Shown here piece by piece: positions 50,471 to 62,520 of a DNA stretch of 64,000 nt. The number at the start of each line of letters is the position of its first letter. The stretch's first letter is position 1. Made by a program: the position numbers and the translations under genes. Source of the DNA: Rhynchobatus australiae (lineage: Eukaryota); NCBI GenBank assembly GCA_034780895.1, contig JAUZTB010000001.1, positions 47,918,235 to 47,982,234 on the forward strand, given 5' to 3'. The notes beneath the pieces are model-generated. The model did no database searches, was not told where the DNA came from, and was given only the letters and a program-made list of their open reading frames with translations.

Positions 50471-50664
50471 CGAAGTGTCCTATTGCCTGGACCCTATGCA
50501 AACAATCTTATACCATCTGAAATAAAAACAGGAAAAAAAAACTGATCTGCTGAGTGTTTCCAGCATTTTCTGGTTTTATTTCAGATTTCCAGCATCTGCA
50601 ATTATTTTCATTTTCAATCTTATACCACCTACTTATCAACCCCCTCCGAATCATGTCTGTCTCA

Positions 50665-50830
50665 GTCATTCACCACAGAAACAGGCCCTTCAGTCCATCA
50701 AGTCCACATGACAGCAAGCACACATTTTATACTAATCTCATTTTATTCCCCTCATATGCCCATCAACATCCTCCCAGATTCTGCCATACACATGAGACAA
50801 TTTACAGTAGTCAATTAATGTTCCAACCAG
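50665..50830 (-). mobile_element. 3' part of a V-SINE/HE1-like SINE
   Basis: acagaaacaggcccttcagtcca..tttatactaatctcatttt..caatttacagtagtcaattaa, like 25625-25800. Confidence 0.6.
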
Positions 50831-51666
50831 CATATTTTAGGGGTATAAGTCAAAATCCATATCATAAACAATTAAGTTCTCTTAGAACATCAACATTCAT
50901 TAGCTTCTGAATATTTAAAATATATGCTGTTTTGTCACACCTCTTATCAAAGTGAATAACTTTACATTTTCCCATTGCATACTTCATCACTTAACCAGAT
51001 TATACCTACATATTATACTTCTTAACTTGCCCATTTAATGAACCTGCATCTTTTTTTAGCACCATTGTCGCCTCTTCACATCTTACTTTCCCACTTTGTT
51101 TAATATCTCATTTCTGCAACCTTCCTCACTCATTCACTTCATGCCTCTTGCCCCTTCTACTCTCCATGATCTCCACTCACTCAGTTTGCTTCCCATTTCC
51201 CTTGTTATCCTGATTCATAAATCCATGACATGAAGTTTACCCTTCAGCTTGAATCTCCATTTGCAATACCTTGGAGATCTACTTGTGATTTATTTTTCAT
51301 TATGTACATGTTTATTTCCTGCCAAATTTAATTTCCCATTTTGACAAAAGCAAAATACCATAGATGTTGGATATTTGAAAAAAAAATTGCTGTAAGTAGT
51401 CAGGAGATCAGATAGGATCTATGGGGTGAGAAACAGAGTTAACATTTTGGGTTAATGACATTTTTTTGAACTGTCATATTGTTTTCCTATTTTATAAATG
51501 TAATATGTAAACAGATTCTGGTCAAGCAATGTGACAACTGAGTGATGAAATTGCTGCATTGATTCATGAGTTCTGCATCCTCTAATGCCACAAAAATACA
51601 TTACTCAAAAATTGTAGTTGCTGCAATTGGAAATCTTTCAGTCAATTTTTTCTGCANNNNNNNNNN

Positions 51667-51790
51667 CTGTGGAGAAAAACAGGGGGTCAACGTTTCAGGT
51701 CAGGACCCTTCTTCAGGACACAACTGCTGCCTGGCCTACTGAGTTCCTCCAGCAACATAGTGTTTTTCCAGCATCTTCAGTCCTTTGTTT
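51667..51790. mobile_element. Inverted pair of short Penelope-derived terminal repeat pieces
   Basis: Minus-strand core at 51686-51719 followed by plus-strand tgctgcctggcctactgagttcctccagca...cagtcctttgtttc. Confidence 0.75.
51686..51719 (-). ncRNA. Minimal type-I hammerhead ribozyme motif, best-preserved copy in the window
   Basis: GUC-CUGAAGA-A-GGGU(CCUG)ACCU-GAAA-CG-UU-GAC: stem I GUC/GAC, 4-bp stem II, palindromic AACGUU in place of stem III. Confidence 0.6.
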
Positions 51791-53396
51791 CTCTGTTCAT
51801 CTATAGTGCTATGTGTTTCATAGACTGTGTTCCAGGAGATGATTGCCTGGCAACTCATGAAGGTTCAGGTAAAGATGGAATAGATGATTGCCAGACACTC
51901 AAAAAAGAAGCAGGCAGACAATCTGTAACAAAAAATCTGAACTTAAATAATAATTACAATGCACTCCAATTAAATCTCAGTTCTCTTTAACAGTCTGACT
52001 GCAATATTGAATGGCCTTCCCCGATTTATTCCTGATCAGAATTATGGTAAATTGTGTGTGAGCTGTTCACCACCTATTTAGAGATAATTTTATTATTGCA
52101 ATAAAGCCAAATAGATGTTTTCAGCTATGACCCCCAGACACGTCCTCATTGATCATTCTCTGTCCAATTTTAAACTCCTCCCTCACCATTCATTTTACAT
52201 CCCAACCAACAGTGGCAGTCACCAAATTGAACACATAAACCAGATTCCAGAGCTAAGCATTTATATTGATTTACTCTTCCTCTTCCTTTTATTTCAAAGG
52301 AAAAGCATAAGTCAATGTTAATTTGTTATTTTGTTGGAAATATAATTATGTTTCATTAAAGTTTCAACAGATGGCAATATATTATGACTTGGAGCAGTCA
52401 ATACTATCATAGACTTCACAGAAACCCAATTAATTTGACAGATAAATAAAACAACCAACACTTGCTGTTATTCTTACACTTGGACTCAGATTTTTTTAAA
52501 CAAGATTTGCAGTGGAATTTGCATCTGTTGGCATCCAAAACAGTTCTACATCTTTGGCAGGTGGTCTGTGTCCTGTTGATATATCTCCTTAACCAGATTC
52601 AAAAATCCTGACTAAGCCAAACAAATCTAAATCTGAAAATATAAACTAATGGTAAATTCAATGTAAAATCATAAAAAAGATGTAAAATCTCTTGTAATCC
52701 TATTTCTTTTAGAAAGAAAAATAAAGGAAAAGAAATAGGATTATGAGAGAGAGAGAGACAAGGGACAGAAGAAAAAAGTGAAAAAACAATATTGGCCCTG
52801 ATTTTCCTGAGAAATGCCAGAAGATCCACATAAATCTGCCTGCAATTTATTCCATAACTGTCTTGGCAATTCCATGCAAGTGGGCATGCTTGCAGAAGTT
52901 CCAACTTCCTGAGAAGTACTAGCCAGTAACTTAGCGAGTGAGACCTGACATTTTACAAACATTCAATTTGTATGAGAGCTTGACAGTTGTTTAGGCCTAG
53001 GCAATGGCTTAAGAGGCTGTCAAAGCATTTTTGTGGCAAGGAATTGCTTCGGCCCTGCCAGATCATTGCATTTGTGGCAGAAAGCACCATGCAGCTGAGG
53101 ACCACACCGAATACATTGGAGGTTGCTTCCTATATGAAATTGTGATGTGAATCTGTGGATAGATGCTCACTGTTGTTCAGAAATAATGTGCAATTTTATA
53201 TTGAAATTTTAAAAATATCTTTGTAATAATTTAAAAAATGAAGAAACAAGATTCTGGCATTGTGTAAGTCAATATTCAGTGCTAGAGAGGTGTATTTATG
53301 ATAAGACTTTGCATGCCTTCAGCAGTTCGATTATGCCTGAGCAGACAAGGTTTTATTCTCTTTTACTACACTTATCACAGAGCAGCAATTTCACTC

Positions 53397-53903
53397 AGAA
53401 CATAGAACATAAAACAGTTCAGCACAGGAACAGGCCCTTCAGCCCACAATGTTGTGCTGAACCAATTATGGTAGCAATAAGATGCCCAACTAAACTAATC
53501 TCTTCTGCCTACACAATGTCCATATCCTGCCATTTTCCTTATATTCATGTGCCTATCTAATAGCTCCTAGAATACCTCTATTGTATTTGCCTCCACCACT
53601 GCCCCAGGCAACGGATTCCAGGCACCCACCACTCTCTATGTAAAAAATTTGCCCCACATATCTCCTTTGAACTTACTCTCTGTCACCTGAAATGCATGCC
53701 CTCTGGTATTAGACATTTCAACCCTGGGGAAAAGATACTGGCTGTCTCCTCTGTCTATGCCTCTCATAATCTTATAACCTTCCATCAGATCTCTGCTCAG
53801 CCTCCGCTGCTCCAGAGAGAACAACCCGAGTTTGTCCAACCTATCCTCATAGCACATGCCCTCTATCTTGGTAAACCTCTTCTGCATCCTCTCCAATGCC
53901 TCA
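53397..53903 (-). mobile_element. CR1 LINE 3' end (HER1-like)
   Basis: ERMQKRFTK..YEDRLDKLGLFSLEQRRLSRDLMEGYKIMRGIDR..LFPRVEMSNTRGH; tail agaacatagaacat. Confidence 0.92.
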
Positions 53904-56900
53904 AGGTACTTTCTTCCAGGTATTTCAATCCTGATTCGAGAAAACAGATAGCTTTACCATTATCATCACCGCAAAATCCGAGCCATCACAATATCCAGCT
54001 AGATAGGCAGGGAGCACGCAATACAGCAGCATTTTTGTTACTATCCTCAATCCCCTTAACCGGAATATCACAAGAAGTACCTCAGCATTAATAGGATTGG
54101 TAACAGTTTCACCTCTTCTTGGTGTTGCATTGTGGTACATTAAAACCATTCAACCTCCATGTCAGCTCTTTGATTATGCAGGCTAAGGAGCCTTGCTAAG
54201 TAGAAACCGTAAAGAACAAAGCCATGAGTACCAAATGCATTAAATTTTAACTCCAAATANNNNNNNNNNNNNNNNNNNNNNNNNNNNNNNNNNNNNNNNN
54301 NNNNNNNNNNNNNNNNNNNNNNNNNNNNNNNNNNNNNNNNNNNNNNNNNNNNNNNNNNNNNNNNNNNNNNNNNNNNNNNNNNNNNAAGATAAATCCCCTG
54401 GTCTTCTTTGAAATATGCCCACTTGAGAGAGCAGACAGGCCCTCAGTTTCCCATCTTGGCCAAGTTAAGTTGCAATTGGCTCATGGATGTCACCATCTTG
54501 CCTGCTGTTTAGGTAAACCAGAAATGATATGTTAAAATGGTAGTGAAATTGTGATACCATAGGCAAATGAACTGTAGAAACTTCTGGTTTCTCAAACGCT
54601 GGATTGACATCCCTTGCTCCTGGTGGCTCAGGAAGTTAAAATTCACCTGTTATGTCTGTGGCTGCTGGACAGAAGCCAAAAGCAATGATAATATTGTTAG
54701 TTTGGTCCGTTAATGCTGTTGGATTTATGGTCACCATGTTTAGTGATAGACATGGCATTTAATCAATTTTTTACCTTCCTTCCATGTGCTGTAATGAGCT
54801 TGATGACTGATACATGAAGACATTTGGAGTGTTTCTGAAGAAGGTGATGACAGCAAGAGCAAGTAACTCAGACATAAAACTTTGGTTGTATATACTTACC
54901 CTGGGTGGGAGCACACAATGGATAATATTGAATCAACAGCCCATTTTATGTTCCACCTAATGTTCACCTCCATCGAGGTTAATGACTGCAGGCAACTGTG
55001 TACTTTGTAAACAGAAACCAGGTTCCCAATTTTTGTTTGGAAAATTCCATGTGCCTGTTTCAGGCAGGAAAATTATCAGGTATGAAAATTACACAGAGAC
55101 CTTTAACAACATGGCAGGCACATGTCATATAAAATATATCCACAAACACAATATTGGATTCATAGGTGCTTGTTTTTCATCTGTAGCAAAGACACACCTC
55201 CAGTGAATTCCCAGGCCAATATCCTTGTTGCCAATATTCACAGAATTTGTCTATCAGAGCTGGTAATGTCCTCAGCACATAGCTCAGGGTAATTTTCCAC
55301 CTTTTTGACTTCAACTAGAACTAAAGCAGGACTTTCATGGAAATATTACAGAAGGCAATGAAATGGAACAGTTAATTGTATGGGGAAACAGAATACTTGT
55401 GTTGTTACTTCAATCTACAAATTTCTTTTGATGTTGTCATTGGACAAAGGATTAATAAGTTCCTATGACATTCTACTGTCTATTTGTTTAGTGGAAGCTT
55501 TAACCAATTTAAATAGAAAACCATGGGATACCACACAAACACATTAAACACTCATTTGCTAATATAAGTAATAGTGATGGTTGAGCTCAAGCATTGCACG
55601 TTTAAATGTTAATTACCCTGATATGTATTCAGCCATGTTAGAAATCCTCGATGGTAGCTGGAACCATTTAAAAGGAAATACAGGCATATTGCAGTAACTT
55701 CAAATTTCAGCTTTTTTAATCAATTTGCATTGCCACATCTACATTTTTGTGAATAAGCACGAACAAAATCCAGAACATAGCTTTGTTATTTTCTGCTGAG
55801 GAAACCTTGTGGGCCACCTCCAGATATAATAATATGCTATGTGTCAAAGCAAAAATTTAAATAAACTGGGATACGTTCATTTTTGACTTGAAATATTGAA
55901 ACCTTAACTGGTATCATGGCTTTGGTGCCAGAGAAATAATATTTTCATAAATGTTCTTCTGAATTAGCTTACAGGGTAAAATATAGCACTTTTGAGATAA
56001 ATCTAGCGTTAAAATAAACAGGACAAATGATATACTCACCCCGTGCTCATCCTGATTACATTATACCTGAGTTCATTATTCAACAAACATCTGATTTTTA
56101 AAATTAATTTATACACATTGTCTGAAAGTTGAATATATTTATGCGATTTTGATGAAATTATACCCCAGATAATATTTAATAATATCTGGAATGAATGAAT
56201 CATTGGTGAAAGATCAATGTTCTTGTGGAAGATGGAAAGTTGATGGGTTTAGGGAAGGAAATTCAAACAATGGAGCTAAGTCATCTGACGTCATGGCTGC
56301 TAGTGGTTTGGGAAATGAAAGGGGAGATGGAGAGGAGGTCAGAGGTACAGTGAATACAGGAAGTGCTTCTTCAGATTTGCTTTCATTTCTTGTTTTTATA
56401 TAAGTAACACTGAAACTGAACTTTTGATTCTGATAAAATTGTTCAATTTTAATTGCTCTTTCTCAAGGAAAGTTTCAAATAGTTTTAAAGGAGACAAATG
56501 GAGAATGATGGTGAGCAGATCTGGGTACAGAAGGTGTTGCTTCGGACTGTGAATTGTTGGTGTGAGTACCAGTTGTCTGGGCTGGTTGACTGACAGGTAC
56601 CAGCAACGATTGCATCAAAGGGATGACAGCTAGGATCATCCCAAGTAAAGACACACCCACTGACACACTCCCAGAGTGAAACATCAGCATTCCTATTAAG
56701 CACTGTTGGATAATGCATTACAATGGCACTTCGCTCTTTCCTGTGCTGTGTTTTTTGTGTTTTCTGACAATTCATGAACACCTCAACAATACAACTTTTA
56801 AAAAAGTTCTTTAAGTATTTCCATTCAACCTAAACTAGTGCGAGCCATTCTCAAAATTGGACTCTCCGCTGAGGTGAAAAGAACCATTACCACAGCTGAA

Positions 56901-56929
56901 TGCTGAAAACAATGCACCAGAATTTGCTG

Positions 56930-59523
56930 CAATACACAAAAAGTGCTGGAGCAACTCAGCAGGTCAGGCAGCATCTCTGGAGGGAAATAAAGAGTCGACG
57001 TTTTGGACTGAGACCCTTTCCTCAGGACTGGAAAAGAAGAGGGCAGAAGCCGGAATAAGAAGGTGGCGGGGGGGGGGAGGGGGAGGACCACACGCAGGCC
57101 GGGGATAGGNNNNNNNNNNNNNNNNNNNNNNNNNNNNNNNNNNNNNNNNNNNNNNNNNNNNNNNNNNNNNNNNNNNNNNNNNNNNNNNNNNNNNNNNNNN
57201 NNNNNNNNNNNNNNNNNNNNNNNNNNNNNNNNNNNNNNNNNNNNNNNNNNNNNNNNNNNNNNNNNNNNNNNNNNNNNNNNNNNNNNNNNNNNNNNNNNNN
57301 NNNNNNNNNNNNNNNNNNNNNNNNNNNNNNNNNNNNNNNNNNNNNNNNNNNNNNNNNNNNNNNNNACATGCCAGTGTGGGAATGAGATGTGGAATTGAAA
57401 TGGGTGGTCACCCGGGAGGTCCTGGCTGTTGTGGCGGACGGAGCAAGGATGCTCGACGAAGCGGTCACCTAATCCGCATCGGATCTCACTGATGTACAGG
57501 AGGGCACACCGGGAGCACCGGTTGCAATAAATGACACCCTCGGACTCAAACCCGCAGACAAGGGTGGTGCTGTTGTAGTCGGCGGACTGACCGTGACAGT
57601 ACTGTGGCCAAATGTCAACTCTTGGATACCTCCACTCACTTATCCCTCAACCTGGACCCCACCAAGGACTGCACTATCACTGACCTCATCGCCTCTGGAG
57701 ACCTCCCCACTGAACTTATATCTTGACTCCATTTTGTTCCCCCTTGGTTCTGTCCCTTCCTTCCTATGTCTGTGACACTCTGCATGTTCTCCATCACTTC
57801 AACGACTTCCAGTTCCCCAGCCCTGACCGCCTCATTTTCACCATGGATGTCGAGTCTTTTCCATCTTCCATCCCCCCATCAGGAAGGCCTTAGGGCTCTG
57901 TCTCGACAACAGACCCAACCAGTTCCCCTCCACCACCACCACCCTCCTCCATCTGGCGGAACTGGTCCTCACCCTTCTCTTTCAGCTCCTCCCACTTTCT
58001 CCAAACGAAAGGAGTAGCCATGGGCACTCGCATGGGCCCCAGCTCTGCCTGCCTCTTTGTCAGCCACGTGGAACAGTCCATGTTCCAAGCCTACATCAGT
58101 AATGCCCCCCAACTCTCTCTCCACTGCAGTGATGACGACATTGGGGCTACTTCCTGCACCTGTGCTGAGCTCATCAATTTCATCAACCTTGCCTCCAACT
58201 TCCACTCTGCCCTCCGACTTACTTGGGTCCATCTCCTACAGCTCTCTCCCCTTTCTAGATCTCTCTGTCTCCATCTCCGGAGACAGATTAACCACAGACA
58301 TCTCCTACAAACCCACTGACTTCCACAGTTACCTTGACTACACTTGTAAGGACACCATCCCCTTCTCCCGTTCCTCCGTGTCTACCGCATCTGTTCCCAT
58401 GATGAGGCTTTCCATTCTAGGACATCAAGAGATGTCCACCACCATCAATGCTGCCCTTACCCATATCTCCTCCACTTCCTGCACGTCTGCCTCACCCCCT
58501 CCACCCCCGAAATAACAGGGACAGGGATCCCCTCATCCTCACATACCACCCCACGAGCCTTCGTAAATTCCTTGTCCACTCATCCCTCCCCACTGATAAC
58601 CCCCCCCCCCCCCCACACACTTANNNNNNNNNNNNNNNNNNNNNNNNNNNNNNNNNNNNNNNNNNNNNNNNNNNNNNNNNNNNNNNNNNNNNNNNNNNNN
58701 NNNNNNNNNNNNNNNNNNNNNNNNNNNNNNNNNNNNNNNNNNNNNNNNNNNNNNNNNNNNNNNNNNNNNNNNNNNNNNNNNNNNNNNNNNNNNNNNNNNN
58801 NNNNNNNNNNNNNNNNNNNNNNNNNNNNNNNNNNNNNNNNNNNNNNNNNNNNNNNNNNNNNNNNNNNNNNNNNNNNNNNNNNNNNNNNNNNNNNNNNNNN
58901 NNNNNNNNNNNNNNNNNNNNNNNNNNNNNNNNNNNNNNNNNNNNNNNNNNNNNNNNNNNNNNNNNNNNNNNNNNNNNNNNNNNNNNNNNNNNNNNNNNNN
59001 NNNNNNNNNNNNNNNNNNNNNNNNNNNNNNNNNNNNNNNNNNNNNNNNNNNNNNNNNNNNNNNNNNNNNNNNNNNNNNNNNNNNNNNNNNNNNNNNNNNN
59101 NNNNNNNNNNNNNNNNNNNNNNNNNNNNNNNNNNNNNNNNNNNNNNNNNNNNNNNNNNNNNNNNNNNNNNNNNNNNNNNNNNNNNNNNNNNNNNNNNNNN
59201 NNNNNNNNNNNNNNNNNNNNNNNNNNNNNNNNNNNNNNNNNNNNNNNNNNNNNNNNNNNNNNNNNNNNNNNNNNNNNNNNNNNNNNNNNNNNNNNNNNNN
59301 NNNNNNNNNNNNNNNNNNNNNNNNNNNNNNNNNNNNNNNNNNNNNNNNNNNNNNNNNTTCTTATTCCAGCTTCTGTCCTCTTTCCTTTCCAGTCCTGATG
59401 AAGGGTCTCAGCCCACAATGTCAACTGTTTATTTCCCTCCAAAGATGCTACCTGACCTGCTGAGTTCCTCCAGCATGTTTTGTGTATTGCTCCAGATTCC
59501 AGCACCCGCAGAGTTTCTTGTGT
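56930..59523 (+). mobile_element. Decayed Penelope-like retroelement (RT plus GIY-YIG) with an inverted 3' copy at its 5' end
   Basis: Plus: KPADKGGAVVV (57548), FTMDVES, GVAMGTRMGPSSACLFV, LPFLDLSVSISGDRLTTDISYKPTDFHSYLDY. Minus 57366-57545: GIY-YIG-like VIYCNRCSRCALLYISE..LGDRFVEH. Terminal repeats at both ends in opposite orientation; 15-bp TSD. Confidence 0.92.
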
Positions 59524-60261
59524 CACCAGAATTTGTTGTTAGTTGTGGGTGGCCTGTGCTAGCCACTGATAGATGGAGAAAGTAACAACTTAACTTTTGT
59601 GTATTTCCTAATGTCAACTTCCTCGTAAGGTCACGATCCAAATTTCTAAACCCGCGCACAATGACAGGGCCATGCATGATGAAGTGAAATAATGTGGACA
59701 ATGTTCTAAAGTCTGCTCCCAAAATAGCGGGCAAAGCAACAACCCTTGCTCACTGGCTGTCAAATCTTGTAAGGGTTCCAAATACTTCTAAAAATCCCTG
59801 ACAAACAATAAGTGTTACAGTTACAGAGAAAGGAATTCATTTTAATAATTATTGATCATTTTAATGCTAACCACTTAATTCTTTAAACAATTAAAAACAT
59901 AAATCAAAATTTAAATCATAAGAACGTATATTGCCTTATACTTCTCCTCTGCAGCTGCTCCTGGTGCAAGTTAAGCCTGCAGTTCTCTAAAGTAACTGCT
60001 GGGAATTCAGCAAGTTGTTACTGTTCAACTCTGTAAATGGTCCAGTGTCAGAAGGAGAGCATGCTCCAGCCTATTGTATTAAGCAGTCTGTTGAATTTCA
60101 TGTAATGCTGGCACTGGGTCTAACAGCCACAAGTTTACCATGTTCATCTTCTATTGCCATCTCCTGCAAAAAAATTCAGTAGTTTTGAGTTTAGCCCAAA
60201 AGTAATGTATCCTACAACCTATCAGAAACAGTCTTTTTACTGATAAGCTTAAATTATCTGC

Positions 60262-60830
60262 TACTTGGTAAATTGGTTTGTTATTGTCACATATACTGAG
60301 GTACAGTGGAAAACTTGTGCTTTCAGGCTTTTGTATCCTCTGCCTGATGGGAGAGGGGAGAAGAGAGAATGTCTGGGGTGGGTAGTGTCTTTGATTATGC
60401 TGACTGCTTTACCAAGGCAACAAGAAGTATAGACAGAGTTCATGGAGGGGAGGCTGGTTTCTGTGATGTGCTGAGCTGTGTCCACAACTCTCTGCAGTTT
60501 CTTNNNNNNNNNNNNNNNNNNNNNNNNNNNNNNNNNNNNNNNNNNNNNNNNNNNNNNNNNNNNNNNNNNNNNNNNNNNNNNNNNNNNNNNNNNNNNNNNN
60601 NNNNNNNNNNNNNNNNNNNNNNNNNNNNNNNNNNNNNNNNNNNNNNNNNNNNNNNNNNNNNNNNNNNNNNNTGTAGACAGAGTCCACGGAGGGGAGGCTG
60701 GTTTCTGTGATGTGCTGAGCTGTGTCCACAACTCTCTGCAGTTTCTTGAGGTCACGGGCAGAGCAGGTGCCACACCAAGCCATGATGCATCTGGATAGGA
60801 TGCTTTCTATGGTGCATCAATAAAAATTGG
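60262..60830 (-). mobile_element. Rex1/Babar-type LINE 3' end (DUF1891-like C-terminus)
   Basis: CTIESILSRCIMAWCGTCSARDLKKLQRVVDTAQHIT..IIKDTTHPRHSLFSPLPSGRGYKSLKA. Confidence 0.85.
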
Positions 60831-61274
60831 TGAATCTTTGTTGGTACTCACTTTTTTCTGATCTTTCAGCTTTCGAAGGTTGAGGTTTTATTCTACAAAA
60901 TTATTTAGTTATGCTCATCAAAACTGCGTACTTAATTTTACCAATGTGTTTCCTGGATGCAACATAATTATGCAAAACTAATTTGTAAACAGGGAATATA
61001 ATTTTCATTATGCTACTGTCCTCAGCACGAGCTTGAACAAGCAATGAGGAAGAGGGTAGATTGCCTCTTGGGCAAATCCATCATTTTAATAGATGTGCCT
61101 TATGACAAATGTCCAACTGTGCCAGTAATGATGAGTTACAGTTAATGAAATTAACAAAGTGAAAAAATTCATACCATATATTGAGTCATATTCAAAGCTA
61201 TTATTTGGAAATGTTAATAATGTTATAGGCTTTTTAAAGTGCAATAAAGAAAGCTCAGGTTATCATGGATCAAT

Positions 61275-61367
61275 ACATGCAAAATGGTGGAGGGACTCAG
61301 CAGGTCTGGCAGCATCTATGGAGAGAAATAACAGTCAATGTTTAGGGTCGAGACTCTTCATCAGGAC
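61275..61367 (-). mobile_element. Penelope-derived terminal repeat
   Basis: actcagcaggtctggcagcatctatggagag..gtcaatgtttagggtcgagactcttcatcaggac. Confidence 0.8.
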
Positions 61368-61654
61368 ATCTGCTGGTGAATGGCATTTCATGACCTGAGA
61401 TTTAATCTTCTTTTGTTTAGCAACAACTAATTACACTGAAATCCCACAAGGATGCATGTGTTGGTAGCTCAGAGCAGGTTTTTGAAGTAAACTATCAGAA
61501 ATATTTAATTTGTCATGTTCTTCCAGGTCTAATTTTAATTCTCTTGGTACCNNNNNNNNNNNNNNNNNNNNNNNNNNNNNNNNNNNNNNNNNNNNNNNNN
61601 NNNNNNNNNNNNNNNNNNNNNNNNNNNNNNNNNNNNNNNNNNNNNNNNNNNAAT

Positions 61655-61740
61655 GAACTGACCTGTACGATCGGTATGCAAGACAAGTTTTTCACTGTAT
61701 CTCGGTGTAAGTGACAATAATAAACCAATAGCAATACCAT
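61655..61740 (+). mobile_element. 3' tail of the Rex/Babar-type LINE family
   Basis: caagtttttcactgtatctcgg..gtgacaataataaaccaat matches the reverse complement of 60265-60318. Confidence 0.75.
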
Positions 61741-62169
61741 GCACCACTAGATTCAAGCAATTACTGGAGGACAAAAGGGCAATTTTATCACTGACGTATG
61801 CAAGATGTTTTCTGTAAATGTGTCAAAATGTTATCCAACTGAGCAACGACTACCCATCCTTGGGAGTTTTAGTACAGTGTCCAGCCCATTCAGAAAAATA
61901 TTAATGTTATATGCCACCTTCCTGTTTACTCTACCATTTCACAGGTGTGGTAATGTATCACAGCAGGAAACCTGTTGTGAAAAGTGGAGTTAAATGGAAG
62001 AACTCCAGGAGATCAAGGGAAAAATTGTAGATCCATCTGCTCGTACAACGGTTAATTTGATACATTTGTTAATTCAGGAACAAGTGGGGAGCAGTGGTGG
62101 GGTTAAGTAAGTGGGCAGTGGAAGAATTATTTCTTTAAACCAACATAAACACCTGTACCTAGCCATGGG

Positions 62170-62520
62170 TTGCTTTCGGGTAAGGTCCTCACCCATGGAA
62201 TCAGAAGAATGAAGGTAGGACTCCACTCCAAATTTCTCAAACCCTATTTAAGCTAGAACTCCAGTTCAAAATTGCAGTGGTGCAGGTGCCTTCATTTCAA
62301 TGGGAGGTCAAGTCTGTTGTTGCTTCTGGTTCTAATGTTAACCAAAGAGCTGGGTTGTCTTGGTATCCAAGCCAATGCTCCTCCTTCACCAATAACACTG
62401 ATTCACCCACTTCATTCTTCTTTGTGGGGTCTTGCTGGGTGTGAAAATTCCTTTATTTGCCTAATTAACAATAGCCACTGTACTTTGAAGTAATTCATTG
62501 TATATTGTGAGGTGATTCGA
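62170..62520 (+). mobile_element. Ancient SINE-like repeat (DeuSINE/SacSINE-like)
   Basis: ctcacccatggaatcagaag..ccactcca..ttgtggggtcttgctgggtgtgaaa..tactttgaagtaattcattg. Confidence 0.45.

Noticed and set aside
56475-56781. Two overlapping minus-strand ORFs of 71-98 aa
   Set aside because: No pyrimidine-rich acceptor and no recognised homology.
60431-60746. ~73-bp duplication on both sides of a gap in the Rex/Babar LINE
   Set aside because: Two mismatches and gap-adjacent; probably an unmerged haplotype overlap.
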